This document shows, in pieces, positions 14,210 to 27,274 of a stretch of DNA of 64,000 nt (the first letter of the stretch is position 1; each line of letters begins with the position of its first letter). Made by a program: the position numbers and the translations under genes. The notes under the pieces are model-generated. The model had not been told where the DNA came from, did not search any database, and saw nothing but the letters and a program-made list of their open reading frames with translations. The stretch spans positions 146,444,001 to 146,508,000 of the forward strand of contig OX597818.1 of the NCBI GenBank assembly GCA_951406725.2. The letters are read 5' to 3'. Origin of the DNA: Octopus vulgaris. Its lineage: Eukaryota.

Positions 14210-14690
14210 CTTTAAATTATTTTGTGTATTTCTAGTGTTTGTTTTATTCTTGGGTCTTCTCTCAGGAGGGGAATTTCCTGGTGGCTAATCTTATAGACCT
14301 TTGTGTTTTTGAGTTATGTGCTGTAATAAAGAGTAGAGGTGTAGGTGCAATGGCCTCTAGTGTAGTTGTTGTTTTAATTCCTGGAGTCTTTTATTGCGAG
14401 TTTTAACGTTTCAAACAATTGTGCAGATTCTTCTTACTAGATTAAAAGGAATATTAGTCTTCGTGTGTTTGGTATGGCATGAGGAGAACAGCAGGAATTT
14501 TTCAGAATCTGCTGGTTTGTAATAAATATTTGTTTCAAGATTTTTGCCTGTTTTGGTGATTAGAATATCTAGGAAGGGTTGTTAAGTTTTACTGCATTTC
14601 GTGGTGAAGTTGGAAGTACTGTTTATGCTGTTAATTAAATTTTTGAATTCAATAAGTTGATCAAACTTATGCGTTTCGGGTTTTCTAGTA
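14210..14690 (-). mobile_element. Penelope-like RT fragment
   Basis: Minus strand translates PFLDILITKTGKNLETNIYYKPADSEKFLLFSSCHTKHTKTNIPFNLVRRICTIV; related to the element at 23830-25880. Confidence 0.82.
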
Positions 14691-14714
14691 GATATTTATG
14701 GAAGTCCAAGCCAT

Positions 14715-14896
14715 ACAGTTCTATATTTGAGAGATGAGGAATTATGTACATTATTTACATTATTTACATTTGACGGATATTTGTCCTCATTTTGTTTGTT
14801 ATTAACACAACGTTTCGGCTGATATACCCTCCAGCCTTCATCAGGTGTCTTGGGGAAATTTCGAATCTGGGTTCTCATTCCTAAGGTATTTTTCGA

Positions 14897-14968
<72 letters not shown>

Positions 14969-15041
14969 CATTCAGATCACTTCTTGGAATCGAACTCGAA
15001 ATCTTGGGGTTAGTCGCCTGCGCTCTTAACATCATATGCCC
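14715..15041 (-). mobile_element. tRNA-headed SINE-like element: Pol III head, (AAT)n, and hammerhead-containing tail
   Basis: Minus strand GGGCATATGATGTTAAGAGCGCAGGCGACTAACCCCAAGATTTCGAGTTCGATTCCA (tRNA-like, with B box), then (AAT)n, then a type-I hammerhead. Confidence 0.72.
14805..14848 (-). ncRNA. Minimal type-I hammerhead ribozyme
   Basis: Minus strand ACAC-CTGATGA-A-GGCTG-gagggtatat-CAGCC-GAAA-CGTT-GTGT: stem I ACAC/GTGT, intact core, 5 bp stem II, palindromic stem III AACGTT and a GUU site. Confidence 0.82.
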
Positions 15042-15329
15042 GAAAACTAAGCATGATTATGAGTAGGAAAATGAGAGCAATATCGATAATAATTGCTGAT
15101 TCCTGAGTTCAGGTGTGTACGTATTCAGGATTTCAATGATTAGAACTATTTTGGAATGTTTGAAGGGGATGTAGACAGAAGCCGATGGACTTTATAGCAT
15201 ATATCGAGGTTTTGTAACAATTCTTAACAGAAGTGTGATGGGTAATAACATATGTAATTATTAAACAATACCATAAAGTAAAAATTGCCATAATTGGATA
15301 GTTGGCTCCACGAGCTTTATTCGGACACA

Positions 15330-16200
15330 CTACAGGATCGTTTTTCGCGATGGCCAGAAGCTTATCCAATTAAAGACATATCTGCGGTAACTATAGCAAG
15401 AACTTTATTTACCAATTGGATGTCCAGATTCGGCATACCAAACACATTGACGACAGATCGTGGAAGGTAATTTGAGTCTACACCTTCGCAGAATTTAACA
15501 AATTATTGGGAATTCATAGAATTCGTACGACTTCCTATCATCCACAATCTAACTGCATGATAGAAAGGTTTCATAGGCAGTTGAAATCTTCATTAAGAAC
15601 TTATTCTGATTCTAATAGTTGATTAGAAGCCTTACAAGTGACACTGTTAGGAATCAGGTGTGCTGTTAAAGAAAATTTGCGATATTCTCCTACTGAACTT
15701 CTGTACGGAACATTAACTCTACCTGGTCAAATGTTTGAAGAAACCAATTCTTTTAATGGAGATATTGACAATTATGTAACCCGACTCGAGAGATTTCTTT
15801 CTAGTGTTCCTTCTTTTACAAGTAAATTACAAAATATTAAAAGTTTCGTTCCTTCTTATATTAATTCTTGGACTCATGTATTTTTACGTAATGATGCCGG
15901 TCATCATTCACTGAATTATAAAGTTTCGTTAATTAAAGATAAAATAATGACTTTGGATATGCATGGTAAAAAGGAAATTGTAAGTTTAGAAAGAATTAAA
16001 AAAGCTTATTTCGACCAGTCTTCATGTCATGAAAATAAAGATTTGAGCAACACATTACAAAATAACTTGGAACAGAAAATTCACAAGACAGCGAACAGGT
16101 TGAGGAAAAGATCCACAAGTCAATTTTAAAATCACCTACCAGCGTAAAGGAAACTAGAAGTGGTAAAATTGTACATTTTCCCAAAAGACTTTCTCAGTTT
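15330..16200 (+). mobile_element. Gypsy/Ty3 LTR-retrotransposon integrase remnant
   Basis: [17 protein letters not shown]...[20 protein letters not shown]...IRTTSYHPQSNCMIERFHRQLKSS, continuing into ORF 15638-16129 (LLGIR..KE.L..SP.EL.YG) and TRSGKIVHFP; contains stops and frameshifts. Confidence 0.9.
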
Positions 16201-16497
16201 ATTTGAGTATATTCCTTATGGGGTTTTATATTCCTGGAATTTTTTGTTAAAAAAAGATTTGTAATTTTTTTTCCAGAAATATTAAATTGAACAATTTGAT
16301 AAACTTAACAAGAACGCTGTCATTGTAAAACCGTGATGAGCGGTTATTTTCGTTTGTTTAACATTGTAAATTTGTGGATACATTGTAAATTTGTATATTT
16401 GACTTGCTAAAAATATTAATTCAAACATTGTGTGAAATATATATGTATTACTAATATTCTTTGTTTGCAAAATTTTAACAATTTTTCTGGTTAGGGC

Positions 16498-17230
16498 TGA
16501 TATAGCGAATAGGAAGCAAGTCGTAAAAGGCGGCAATATGACGTAATGGTCACGTTGCCCGAACAAGTATAATTGTTGGTTTCCCATTGGTTAAAATCAC
16601 TGCCCATATTTGAATTCTAAACTTTCGTCAAAGAGAATTCTTTCACGAAATACGGTTCTTAGAATTTAGGTATCAGCAGTTATAAAAACCCTGATTTTGG
16701 GGAAATTAATCAGTGATCGTTGATTGTCACTAAACTCCACGACACTCACACTAGTGATTTTTGGTTATCACTACACTTCACTAGTTATCACTAGGCTACT
16801 AGTTATCAATAGTAGATTTGGTTATCATTAGACTACTAGTGTTCGTTGGTCGTAACTCTCTACGCCAAATTGCCTTATTTCTAAATGTACTGTAAATATT
16901 AAATGTACATAAATAAACTTTTTTTCACTTCTTTCCAACCTGTTAATGAAATTTACTTCTGCATTTATGAAACTGTTTTTATAGCGTGAAAAAGAATACG
17001 AATTTATTTTCAACATACATGCATATTCAACATGACGTTAAGCGTCTTGATGTATATATATATATATATATATTTCACTACGGCATTTATGTAGCTTGAG
17101 TTGAGATTTATGTATAGTGATGATACTTATAATTAAGTTGTAAGTGACGGGTTTATCATTGTAGAATTTTACTCAAGGAATAAAATATATTTATCTATCC
17201 CAGTAGAAACTATATAAATAAGATGATACA
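16498..17230 (+). mobile_element. Probable 3' LTR of the Gypsy element
   Basis: Colinear with 58681-59372 (tgacgtaatg, cccattggtt, gcagttataaaaaccctg, actaaactccacgacactcac, aataaa). Lies downstream of the integrase, after ttaggg; ends in ACA. Confidence 0.7.
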
Positions 17231-17386
17231 CCACATTATAAAAGTAGTACCCCATCAGCCGTTATAACAATCACACCGTTATACAACTATCTAATGAAAG
17301 TGAAATCATATCCGCTGAGGGCATTCTTTGTTTTCTATATATTTTGCTAAAATATTTTCGTCACTTTCAGACCGCGACCCATTCAC

Positions 17387-17422
17387 TGACAAAATTCCGT
17401 GCTGCAGCACGGAATTTTGTCA
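17387..17422. repeat. Perfect 36 bp palindrome
   Basis: tgacaaaattccgtgctg|cagcacggaattttgtca. Confidence 0.95.
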
Positions 17423-17429
17423 CGCTTGA

Positions 17430-18710
17430 ACTGTTGCAGAGGTAAATACAAGGATAATAACTTCAAATATTAAAGTAAATTCTATTTCATCACGTGATGC
17501 TCCTCGCTCAATTATCGCTAGTGAAGTTCAAAATTTAAACGAATGTACATTGTCGCAAATACCCCCGTTTGCATAGCTTAATAGGAATATTAGACGTTGG
17601 AGGCAAGCTGATTCCAACTATCCTGCTACCCCACTTACAAATGTTGGGGTTTCCATTCCAAGTGAACAATCCTACCTTAACAATGATGAAACGTTTTTAT
17701 AGTATGACCGCGTTTTTATAGTATGAATACTAATATTTGCAAGTGACGAAGCACTTGACAGTTAAAATACCGCAAGAAATGGGCGCCAGATGGAACATTT
17801 AAGTGCTGCTCTTGTATATATTTCCAGTTATATATACTTCACATTCAAATTAATAGTTTTAATGCCCCACGATTGTTCGCATTGCTCTCTGAGAAAAGTC
17901 AAGACGCACATAGTAGACTTTTAGCCAAAATAAATGAATTACTGCAGAATGGATTTCGAAAAAGCAGCCCTTAACGGATTACTGGAATCGTTTCCTGGAC
18001 CGCATTTGGCATGCTGCTTGTTTCATTTAGGACAAAATGTGTACAAGCATGTTGTGCAAGAAGGACTAAAATGCAGATATCACGATGACATTTTACCCTA
18101 GAAATGCTGTGTCTTGTTGCCTTCGCCTTCCTGCTGGTTGATGATGTTGTAGATGGGTATGAACAACTTGAAGACGATGATGATATAGGACCACCCAGAG
18201 GAAGAAGAAAGAGGAGCCGATGCCTTGAACCTCCATTTCCATTACCTATATGGAATGTTTGGGATCGCTGTATGACGGAGATTGCTTGTACTACAAATAG
18301 TTTCGAAGTCTACCACAGCGCGCTGAAAAACACAGTGAATATTAGTCATCTAAATATTTGGAAACTTATTGATATGATTAAATGTGAGGTAAGGTTTGCC
18401 AGTACCAAATTGCAGAAGTTGATGCAAGAAGAATCATGCGAAAAGAAAAAATACAGAGGTGTGAACCTGCGTATAAAAAAATGTCACGGAAAAATATGAT
18501 CCAAGCCCCAAATTTATTTTTCTGAAAGCAATTGCACGCAACCTTAAATTTTAAGAAAAATTAAATAATACAGCAAACCTTAAAATAAATGTTTTTTTAA
18601 TTCAGATATTCGTTTTTTCATTTTCCTTATGATCTCGACGAATTGACCGACGACGAATTGACTGGGACAAATTAAACGACAGAAGGCCGTCGAGGAATTG
18701 ACCGGACACC
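17430..18710 (+). mobile_element. Degraded Mutator-like (MULE) DNA transposon
   Basis: W..DGTFKCCSCIYFQLYILH, DFEKAALNG..FPG..LACCLFHLGQN and PPFPLPIWNVWDR..TTNSFEVYH motifs; right end has subterminal GA(C/G)GAATTGAC repeats and ends in GGACACC. Confidence 0.85.
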
Positions 18711-19416
18711 AATTAAACTTGAGGTTATGTTATTGTTTAAAAGGTATTCATGCATTTAGAACTTTCTAAACAAGTCTGTAAATGCTTCTCAATTGCCTGA
18801 TAGACACAACGTGTGATGGCATTTTTGTTGCTTTTGGTATTATTGGATTTTATCCTTTTGCTTTGACAATATAAAGATCAAGGTTACAAAGACCAGTATT
18901 TGAGCCAACTTGGCTGTATCAAATTTATTTCCATAAACAGTGTAGGCAGGTTGTAAATTTAAGGTGATCGCTTTGTTACTTGTTATTATTTAAGATATTT
19001 CTTATTTCCATTTGTAAGGCTGTAGTTATTAGCCAGTCATGTTATGGTTTTGTTATTATGAAAAGATTTTTATGTGCTTCGATGCTCGTAAAAGTATTTG
19101 AGTAAGTGTTGTATGTTGTGTTTTTATCTAGCTGCCTAAATAACAAAAGAGAAACACTCCCAGGCTTGTTTGCAAAGTTCTACATGCATAAACAAAGTCT
19201 AAACAATAACATGCTCCCAAACTTAATTAATTAATTTCTTTCCAAAACAACTTTCAATAACAATAGAAATCCTAATTACCACCCCACTCATAACCACACA
19301 CACCCAAATTATTTTAACTCAACGGAGATTTTATAAAGGTACGACAATCTGTAATGCATTGCACTCCGACGATATGTTAGGTAGCCGAAACTTCGAAGTC
19401 ACTCCTAACAACATTC

Positions 19417-19509
<93 letters not shown>

Positions 19510-19578
19510 TGTATGTATGTATATGTATATATATATACACATATGTATATATATACATTCATATATATTATATATACC

Positions 19579-19990
19579 CTTTTACTTGTTTCAGTCATTT
19601 GACTGCGGCCATGCTGGAGCACCGCCTTTAGTCGAACAAATCGACTCTAGGACTTATTCTTTGTAAGCCTAGTACTTATTCTTATCGGTCTCTTTTACCG
19701 AACCGCTTAGTGGCGGGGACGTAAGCACACCACCATCAGCTGTCAAGCGATGTTAGGGGGGCAAACACAGACACACAAACATATACACACACATACACAC
19801 ATATATATATATATATATATACATATATACGTCGGGCTTCTTTCAGTTTCCATCTACCAAATCCACCCACAAGGCTTTGGTCGGCCCGAGGCTAAAATAG
19901 AAGACACTTGCCCAAGGTGCCACGCAGTGGGACTGAACCGGAACCATGTGTTTGGTAAGCAAGCTACTTACCACACTGCCACTCCTGTGC

Positions 19991-19992
<2 letters not shown>
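19579..19992 (-). mobile_element. SINE family A, full length
   Basis: Reverse complement of 4849-5249. Confidence 0.9.
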
Positions 19993-20025
<33 letters not shown>

Positions 20026-21519
20026 GATATATTTATATGTGTGTGTGTATACATATATCATCATAGCAATACAGTAATATAATGGAAAGGAAATATACAT
20101 AAATATACGTAAACATTATTTGGATAAATCAATTCTCCTCATTTTATATGTTTTATCATAGATATAACCGCAAGCTTCCTCTATCTTATACACAAGCATT
20201 TCATACGCAATCATCCTTAATAGAAAATCTTTAATCAAAACAACTTCAAAGGTCGTTATAGCTGCACCCAAAATCTAACTATATCTATGAACGCAATGAA
20301 TAATAAGAAATTCTACGCATAGAAGTGAACCAAATCCATCCTTCTAACTGAAAACGCTTGTTTACTGTGCAAAGTGGACTTGAATATGCAGTGCTGAAAA
20401 CTGTTATTGTGACCTTGCTGTGAACATTTTCAGAGTTAGATATAAGCAGCACATGTGTTCCTGCACAAATATCCGTTTCAAATTTTGGCACATGGCCAAC
20501 AATTTGGAAGAAACAGGTAAGTTGATTACATTGACCGCCAACATGCAACTGTTACTTATTTTATTAAAGGCAAAATCAACCTCTGTCGGATTTGAAATTA
20601 GAACGGGAAGTCGGACGAAATGCCGCTAAGTTTTTTCCCGGCTTTATTCCTGCACAAACATTAACACATGAGACAAATATTTTCTCTATTTGAGTATGCC
20701 TCAGATTGAAAGAAAAACATAGTCAATTTCAGAATCAATTGCTCAAGCAGCAACAATTCTATACCGTATATTAATGGTTCTCACAGTCGTATATTTAACA
20801 TTTTCATCTCCAATTGCAACGAACTTAAAAAGATGTTTTAACGTATTGCCAACTGTCCCAACCAAAAACAGACAACTCTTAAGACAGTTTAACCTGTCCA
20901 CAGGATGACACCCTTCTTCACCTGTCTACGTTGACTACGAGGTCCTTTCGCTTTATATATACAAGTTCAATATTTCTATTTAATTATTATTGTTGTTCTT
21001 CTTCTTATTATTATTATTATTATCATCATTATTAAGAAAAACTTCGTCTATTTTCAGAGTTATTTTGATTTGGTTGCTATTCTTCGCATCTTTATATTTG
21101 CATTCTTTCCTTTTACTACATTCATCATCATATTTGCTTTAATGCATTCATATCAATATTTGAGTGTTTATTTAAAACCAGGAGATTGAACGAATGTTAA
21201 CAATTAATGCCCCTGTGTCATACAGAATCATCCATTAGCACAATTGTTATGCACGGTTAACTTTCGCAGCCACAAGCAATGTTTCTTATGATTTCATCTT
21301 ATTCCTGGTATTCTCTCTGCTGACAATCAAATTAGCCCTGCAAGAATACGCAGATCCGAAAATATATTGTCATTTAGTAAATTTTCTTCAATACGTAAGT
21401 ACGACTGCTTGAAGATACAATCTCACCTTGAGTTAAAAACATATCAATAATTTACTTGGTTGCATTGCGCGCTTTATTTCTCAGTTGTACATTTAATGGT
21501 ACATGTATATGAATATGTC

Positions 21520-21562
<43 letters not shown>

Positions 21563-21761
21563 CATACATACATACATGCATACATACATACATACATACA
21601 TGCATACATACATACATACATGCATACATACATACATACATACATACATGTCATACATACATATATACATACATACATACATACATATATACATACATAC
21701 ATACATATATACATACATACATACATACATACATACATACATACACACATACATACATACA

Positions 21762-21795
<34 letters not shown>

Positions 21796-21820
21796 CATAC
21801 ATACATGCATGCATATATAT
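21520..21820. repeat. (TA)n plus (TACA)n microsatellite
   Basis: Directly visible. Confidence 0.97.
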
Positions 21821-21821
21821 A

Positions 21822-21990
21822 GTTCAAATTTACAGAAAACAAAAGGCAAAGACAGGTGATGGAGCAGCAAGCAGCAACAAGGGAAGAATGGAAAAGTCTA
21901 TGACGTTTCGAGCCTACGCTCTTCGACAGAAAGAGTTGAGAGGAAACACATAGAGAGAACGAAAGAAAAAAACGTAGGAAGAAAAGAATG
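21822..21990 (-). mobile_element. Third copy of the Penelope pLTR family with variant hammerhead (21898-21933)
   Basis: Minus strand CTTT-CTGTCGA-A-GAGC-gtag-GCTC-GAAA-CGTC-ATAG. Confidence 0.72.
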
Positions 21991-22904
21991 TGTAGGGACA
22001 AACAAGCAAACAGCAACGAATGTATAACTTGAACGGTCATTTTGTTTTTATAGTACAGGATAATTAACAGTCAAATTCTTCCACTTAGGTGCAAATATAA
22101 ATGTCTGTGTGTATATGTACTTATGGTTGTAGGTATGCATATATGTGTGCTTATAACGAGATAAGACAGCAAACCATTTCGTGTATGTTACATACATATT
22201 TATATACATATTTACATATTTTTTGTGAAGAAATAACTTGATAAAATAAAATATACGCTACATTTACTTGGTCTTTAGACTTTTACTTCTATACGATCGA
22301 TTTGTCAAACAGCACGAAATATTTATTTTGGAAAGTTTTTGCATTGCGTTTATCAATGTATTATCAATTTTAAGGTAAAAAAATTCTTTTTAATAGGAGA
22401 TAAAATGCTTCAAATTTATAAAGAAATTCTGTGACTTGACAACAAAAAAATTTCGATTGCGTTAATCATAAAATTTGATGATGAAATTATCCGTCTCAAT
22501 TCCCAGAGACTAACTGTGCCCCATTATGATTTAAAACATGTTTTGCTGTTAAGGAAAAAAAAATACAAACTTGAGATATAGTGAAAGCATGTTTTTTCAG
22601 CAATGAGCAACTATTGTTATAGTGGTAACATAGGATTGCACACTTCTAATCACTAACAAAAATCTTTAAACAACACACAAACAACCCAATTTCAGAATCA
22701 CGAATAGATGCCTTTTTAATGGAAAATGATTGGCAGAAAAAATTATATTTAAAGATACAAAATTGATATATAGTATACACGTATCAAATTGAACAAAATT
22801 AGCTTTCAAATTTATTTTCTACGCCAACATTCGTTTAAGTACGTAAATATGCAAATATGCGCAATGTAACATCACTTTCGAAATATATTTGCTTTTGGAA
22901 GTGG

Positions 22905-23080
22905 CAGGAGCTTGCGGAATCGTCAGCGCACAGGGTTAAATGCTGAATAGCATTTCGTCCGTCTTTATATTCTGAGTTCAAATTCCACAGAGGTCGACTT
23001 TGGCTTTCATCCTTTTGGGGGTCGATAAAATATGTATCAGTTACTCACTTGGCCTTGTGCTAAAATTTGAAGACAATATA
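22905..23080 (+). mobile_element. SINE family B
   Basis: ttctgagttcaaattccacagaggtcgactttggctttcatccttttgggggtcgataaa. Confidence 0.8.
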
Positions 23081-23795
23081 CTCAGCGATTGCTTAAACAC
23101 ACGCACTGTTTCAGTGAACAATTGCAGTCATGGAACCAGAATTTTGAAACGTCGAGAACTAAATGAAAGTTAAAATTAAATTTAGCAGAGCTTGTGCACT
23201 TTTATTTATCTACAATGGATACTACAGTATATAATTCCTTTTCCAATCAAGCGAATAATAGGGTAGATAGCTTCTCTTATTTACTTGGACTTAGGTAACC
23301 ATTTGCGTGTCGCCTTCGACTGAATAAGAAGAGAAAACGAATCAATCGTTAAGTGGAAGTGGTTCGAAAAGATTTTAGTAAGGAAAGAATGATTGAAGAG
23401 AAGTTCCATACAGCACATGGTCTTCTTCAGAAACAGGAGTAGGAAAAATTCTGCACTTCGATCATTTTTTGTTTTATGTGTAAGTTATGAAACCAGAGAA
23501 ATGATTTCCTCATGATAATATTCAATATTTGCGGCAAAGTAACTCAGTACACAACAGTGAGTGCACAATTGTCGTTTTTCTTCGCCAAAATTCCTACATA
23601 TTCCCCCAACAAGAAATGGTAGAAAAAGAAAGATAAAAATATCGAATAGAAACGTATTACCAAGGAGAAATGCTATTTTCATGTTCAAGAACAAGAAAAA
23701 TGTTCCATGATATAGTACTATCTTCATGGAACTCGGTAGCAACCGTTACACGCAAGAGTATGTATGTATGTATGTATGTATGCATGTATATATGC

Positions 23796-23829
<34 letters not shown>

Positions 23830-25880
23830 GAAATAGGTTTCAAACAGAAAAAGAATCTACACGTGGTAGATATATGGGGAAAGTAAGAAGTAAAAAGCGA
23901 AAATACACATTGGATATAAAAATAAAGCCGTTTTTATGGAAAGTAACGATAAATATATACAATTAGATGAACTGAGGTAGAATTAAGAGGAATAAACGTC
24001 ATTATTTTGAATTGTTAAAGGGATTCAAAGTCATACCGGTTTCGTCAATTGCTGTTCACTGGCTTTTAATAGTCCATGAGGAAAAAAGATTATATGCAAG
24101 GGAGGTAAGTAGCTCTGGGAGTGGAGCAATTAAGGTAAGTATAATACTGTAATATGAATGATGTATGGATTGTATGGGAATTAGTGGTATTAATGGTAAG
24201 GTTAGTACTGTTCTATATTATGTTATCTATTCATTTTGAGTTGTGGATGATATTTATTGATGAAAGTTGCTTCTTTATTCATTCGTTGTTGAACTGAAGT
24301 ATTCTGTAAACATTGATATAAAGGGAAAATTTGAAAGTTAAGATTAAGGTTTCTAGCACACCTTTCTATGTGTTCACTGACCTGTGACTATTTGTATTGT
24401 TGGTAGCGGATATGTTCTTTGTGAAGAATTGTTCTTCGACGGAGTGGCGTTTCTGTTTGGCCAATGTCATGATTACTGCGCCCTAAGCAGGTAATAGCAT
24501 AGATTAGGTTTTCCGAAACACAGATGAAATTTGATTTTATCGTAACTATTTCACCTTGTTTAAAGTGGAACTTCCTCTGCTCGTATAATCCCATCATTTA
24601 TTAATGATGTTGGGTAATGTCTCTTGATTAGTATTGATCTGAGTTCAAAGAGTCTTCGTTCACGAGTATTGGTGTCCGAAACTATGGTACAGATTGTTTT
24701 CGCTAGATTATAAGGTACATTATTTATGTGTTAGGTGTGGCGTGAGTTGAATAATAAGTATTGTTTTGAATTTGTGGGTTTACAGATGTCCGTTCCGATG
24801 TGCTTATTGACTATTTTAATTAGGATGTCAAGAAAAGGAAGTTGTTTATTGCTATGTTTCATGGTGAATTGTATGTTGCTATTGATATTGTTGAGCATTA
24901 TTTTGAAATCCATGAGTTTATCCATGCTATCTTTCCAAAGTATAAAGCAATCATCTAAATACCTCTTCCAGTTTTCCTTTAAATAGCAATGAAATGAGGT
25001 GCCATATGTTTGTAGTGATGATTGGTATATTTTAAGTTCTAGGTAACCCATTACAAGGTTCGCAATCACTGGGGCAGCTCGAGTTCCCATTGCAATTCCA
25101 CATTTTTGCCGATAGTAATCTGTATAGAACATGAAATAGTTGTTCAATCTGTGGTTGATGCAACCTGGGATTTCTTCTGGGTATTTTTATAGCCAGAAGG
25201 TGATTGCTTTTATGCCATAATCATGTGGGATATTGGTGTACAAGTTCACCATATCGAATGATACCAACAGGGTTCCTTCAGTTATTGTCTTCGGAAGGAG
25301 GATGAAATGGTTTGATTAATATGTTGAGGAAATTGCTCAAACGGTGGATTTCAAAACAGGGCCAGCAATGATGGATCTTAGTTTGAGGTCAGTAGTCTCG
25401 GATGTAAGTTTTTCCATTGTCTGTGAGATGATGGGGGTAGATTGTTATGTAGTGGTTCCCAAAAGTTTAGGTTAGTCTGGAAGCTTGGATGGATCTTTTG
25501 ATTTGTATGTAGGGTCCCTCAAAATTACGTCCGGATTTTCTCTTACAAGCGCAATTCCTATTTGTTGTTTGGAAGTTATTTTTGGGTAGAAATGAGATTA
25601 GTTCGGCGGAGTTGTATCCCCTAGATTGACTGTGGTTTGATTTAGATAAATGTGAGGTCCTTTCTGCGTAGGTTTTGGGTTTTTTTCTTCAGGAAGGAGT
25701 TATCCGATATGTTTTCTATGTTGAATTGTGTTTCGTAGTTTAGGAAAAAATTAGTTTGTCTTTCCCAGCGTTGTAGGGAATTAGTTTCTTCAGTTTAAAA
25801 ACATTCTCCAAGAGTTGACCATGTTTCCTTAATTCGGTGTAGATTTCCTCAGCTATGTTATTAAATTTTTGTTTTTGCTT
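23830..25880 (-). mobile_element. Degraded Penelope-like retroelement (RT plus GIY-YIG)
   Basis: ORF 24731-25147 has GIAMGTRAAPVIANLVMG, WKRYLDDCF and LPFLDI. Upstream are LVSFDMVNLYTNIPH and PIIAGP. ORF 24388-24597 has NFICVSENLIYAITCLG..IGQT. Flanked by (TA)n. Confidence 0.92.
24731..25147 (-). pseudogene. Penelope-like reverse transcriptase fragment
   Basis: YLDD catalytic motif and GIAMG motif. Confidence 0.88.
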
Positions 25881-25892
25881 AACGCTTTAAGT

Positions 25893-25952
<60 letters not shown>

Positions 25953-26333
25953 TATGTATGTATGTATGTATGTATGTTTGTATATGTATATATATATGTA
26001 TGGGTATATAAATAAGAATAAGACCGTTAATTTAAATATCGATCTTATCAAGTGACCAGCATGGGAATAAATGCCTTCAAAGATAATAATTATTATTAAA
26101 ATTATAATTTAGGATGTCTAAGAGATACCGCCACGCTGGAAATAGCAGCCAAAACCTGACTCTAAAGCTACATTAAATATTCATACAGCACCAGGAGAGA
26201 AGACAAAAAGAAAACTAGCAAAACTAGCAAAAAATTATCCAGCTTTGCCTTTAAATCTTTCGGGCTCGATAAATTAACTAACAATCAAGCTCTAGGCTTT
26301 ATGCCTGTAACAGAAAAGGTTATATAGAGGTAT

Positions 26334-26386
<53 letters not shown>

Positions 26387-27274
26387 AGTACGTGTGTGTC
26401 AGTGAATGTATATGTATGCATACATGGAAAATTCTTGCGTCGAATGTGTAAGAAATTATTGAATTTCTATGGAAACATAATTGATAAGTTATGGCCATCG
26501 TAATTTCGATTCCATTCTGTCTCCTGACTCTATGTCGTCGTCTCATGAGTTTATTATTTAATATTCTTACTATTCCAGAAGGAAAGATTAAGCGTTCTTT
26601 TCCTTTTTGTTTTGTTAACTTGGTTTGTATTTTTCTTTCATTTATTTTTGTTTAAAATCTTATTTTCTGTTTCTTCTCAAGAATTTTATTTGATTTATCA
26701 TCATTTATGCATTTAGCTTGGTCGATTGCCAGAATTGGTAGAGTGTGAGAGAAATTGCCTTGTTTTATTTATTCTAATATCAGCTTTGCTTTTTCTCCCT
26801 CCGTTGACGGTGAAATAAAGTACCAGTCATGTGATCGGGATGATTGACTAACTCACATCACTTCAACTTTGCTGGTTTTGTGCTTCATCCGCAATCGATG
26901 TTGCATCGGATAGAATATTCTTTGTACTTTGTTCTGAATCTGTACTCTGAATGCATATTTCGCGGAAATCAACTCTGCCTTTTGGGGTTGATAAAAGTTG
27001 TCAATCCAGGGCAGTTTATTGGAGACGTTTATCGGGTTAACCCGCATTGTGGAGAGTTCTGCTGTAGGTTACTATTAAAGTGTCATCTATGCCTGTTAGG
27101 CGATCTTGTATAATCGTTCATGCCGCTCTTATGTCTATTTCATATAGTTACGTTTATACATTTTATACACTTTAGATATTTGGAGAACTGACAGTATCGA
27201 ATTTTTCAGGTATCAAACAGAGATAAAACTAGCGGTCATTCACTTCTGGCTGATAAGAATTGTGCCCATATACT

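Noticed and set aside
14975-15041. Functional tRNA gene
   Set aside because: The D-arm is partly deleted and there is no proper acceptor stem or oligo-T terminator; it is better explained as a SINE head.
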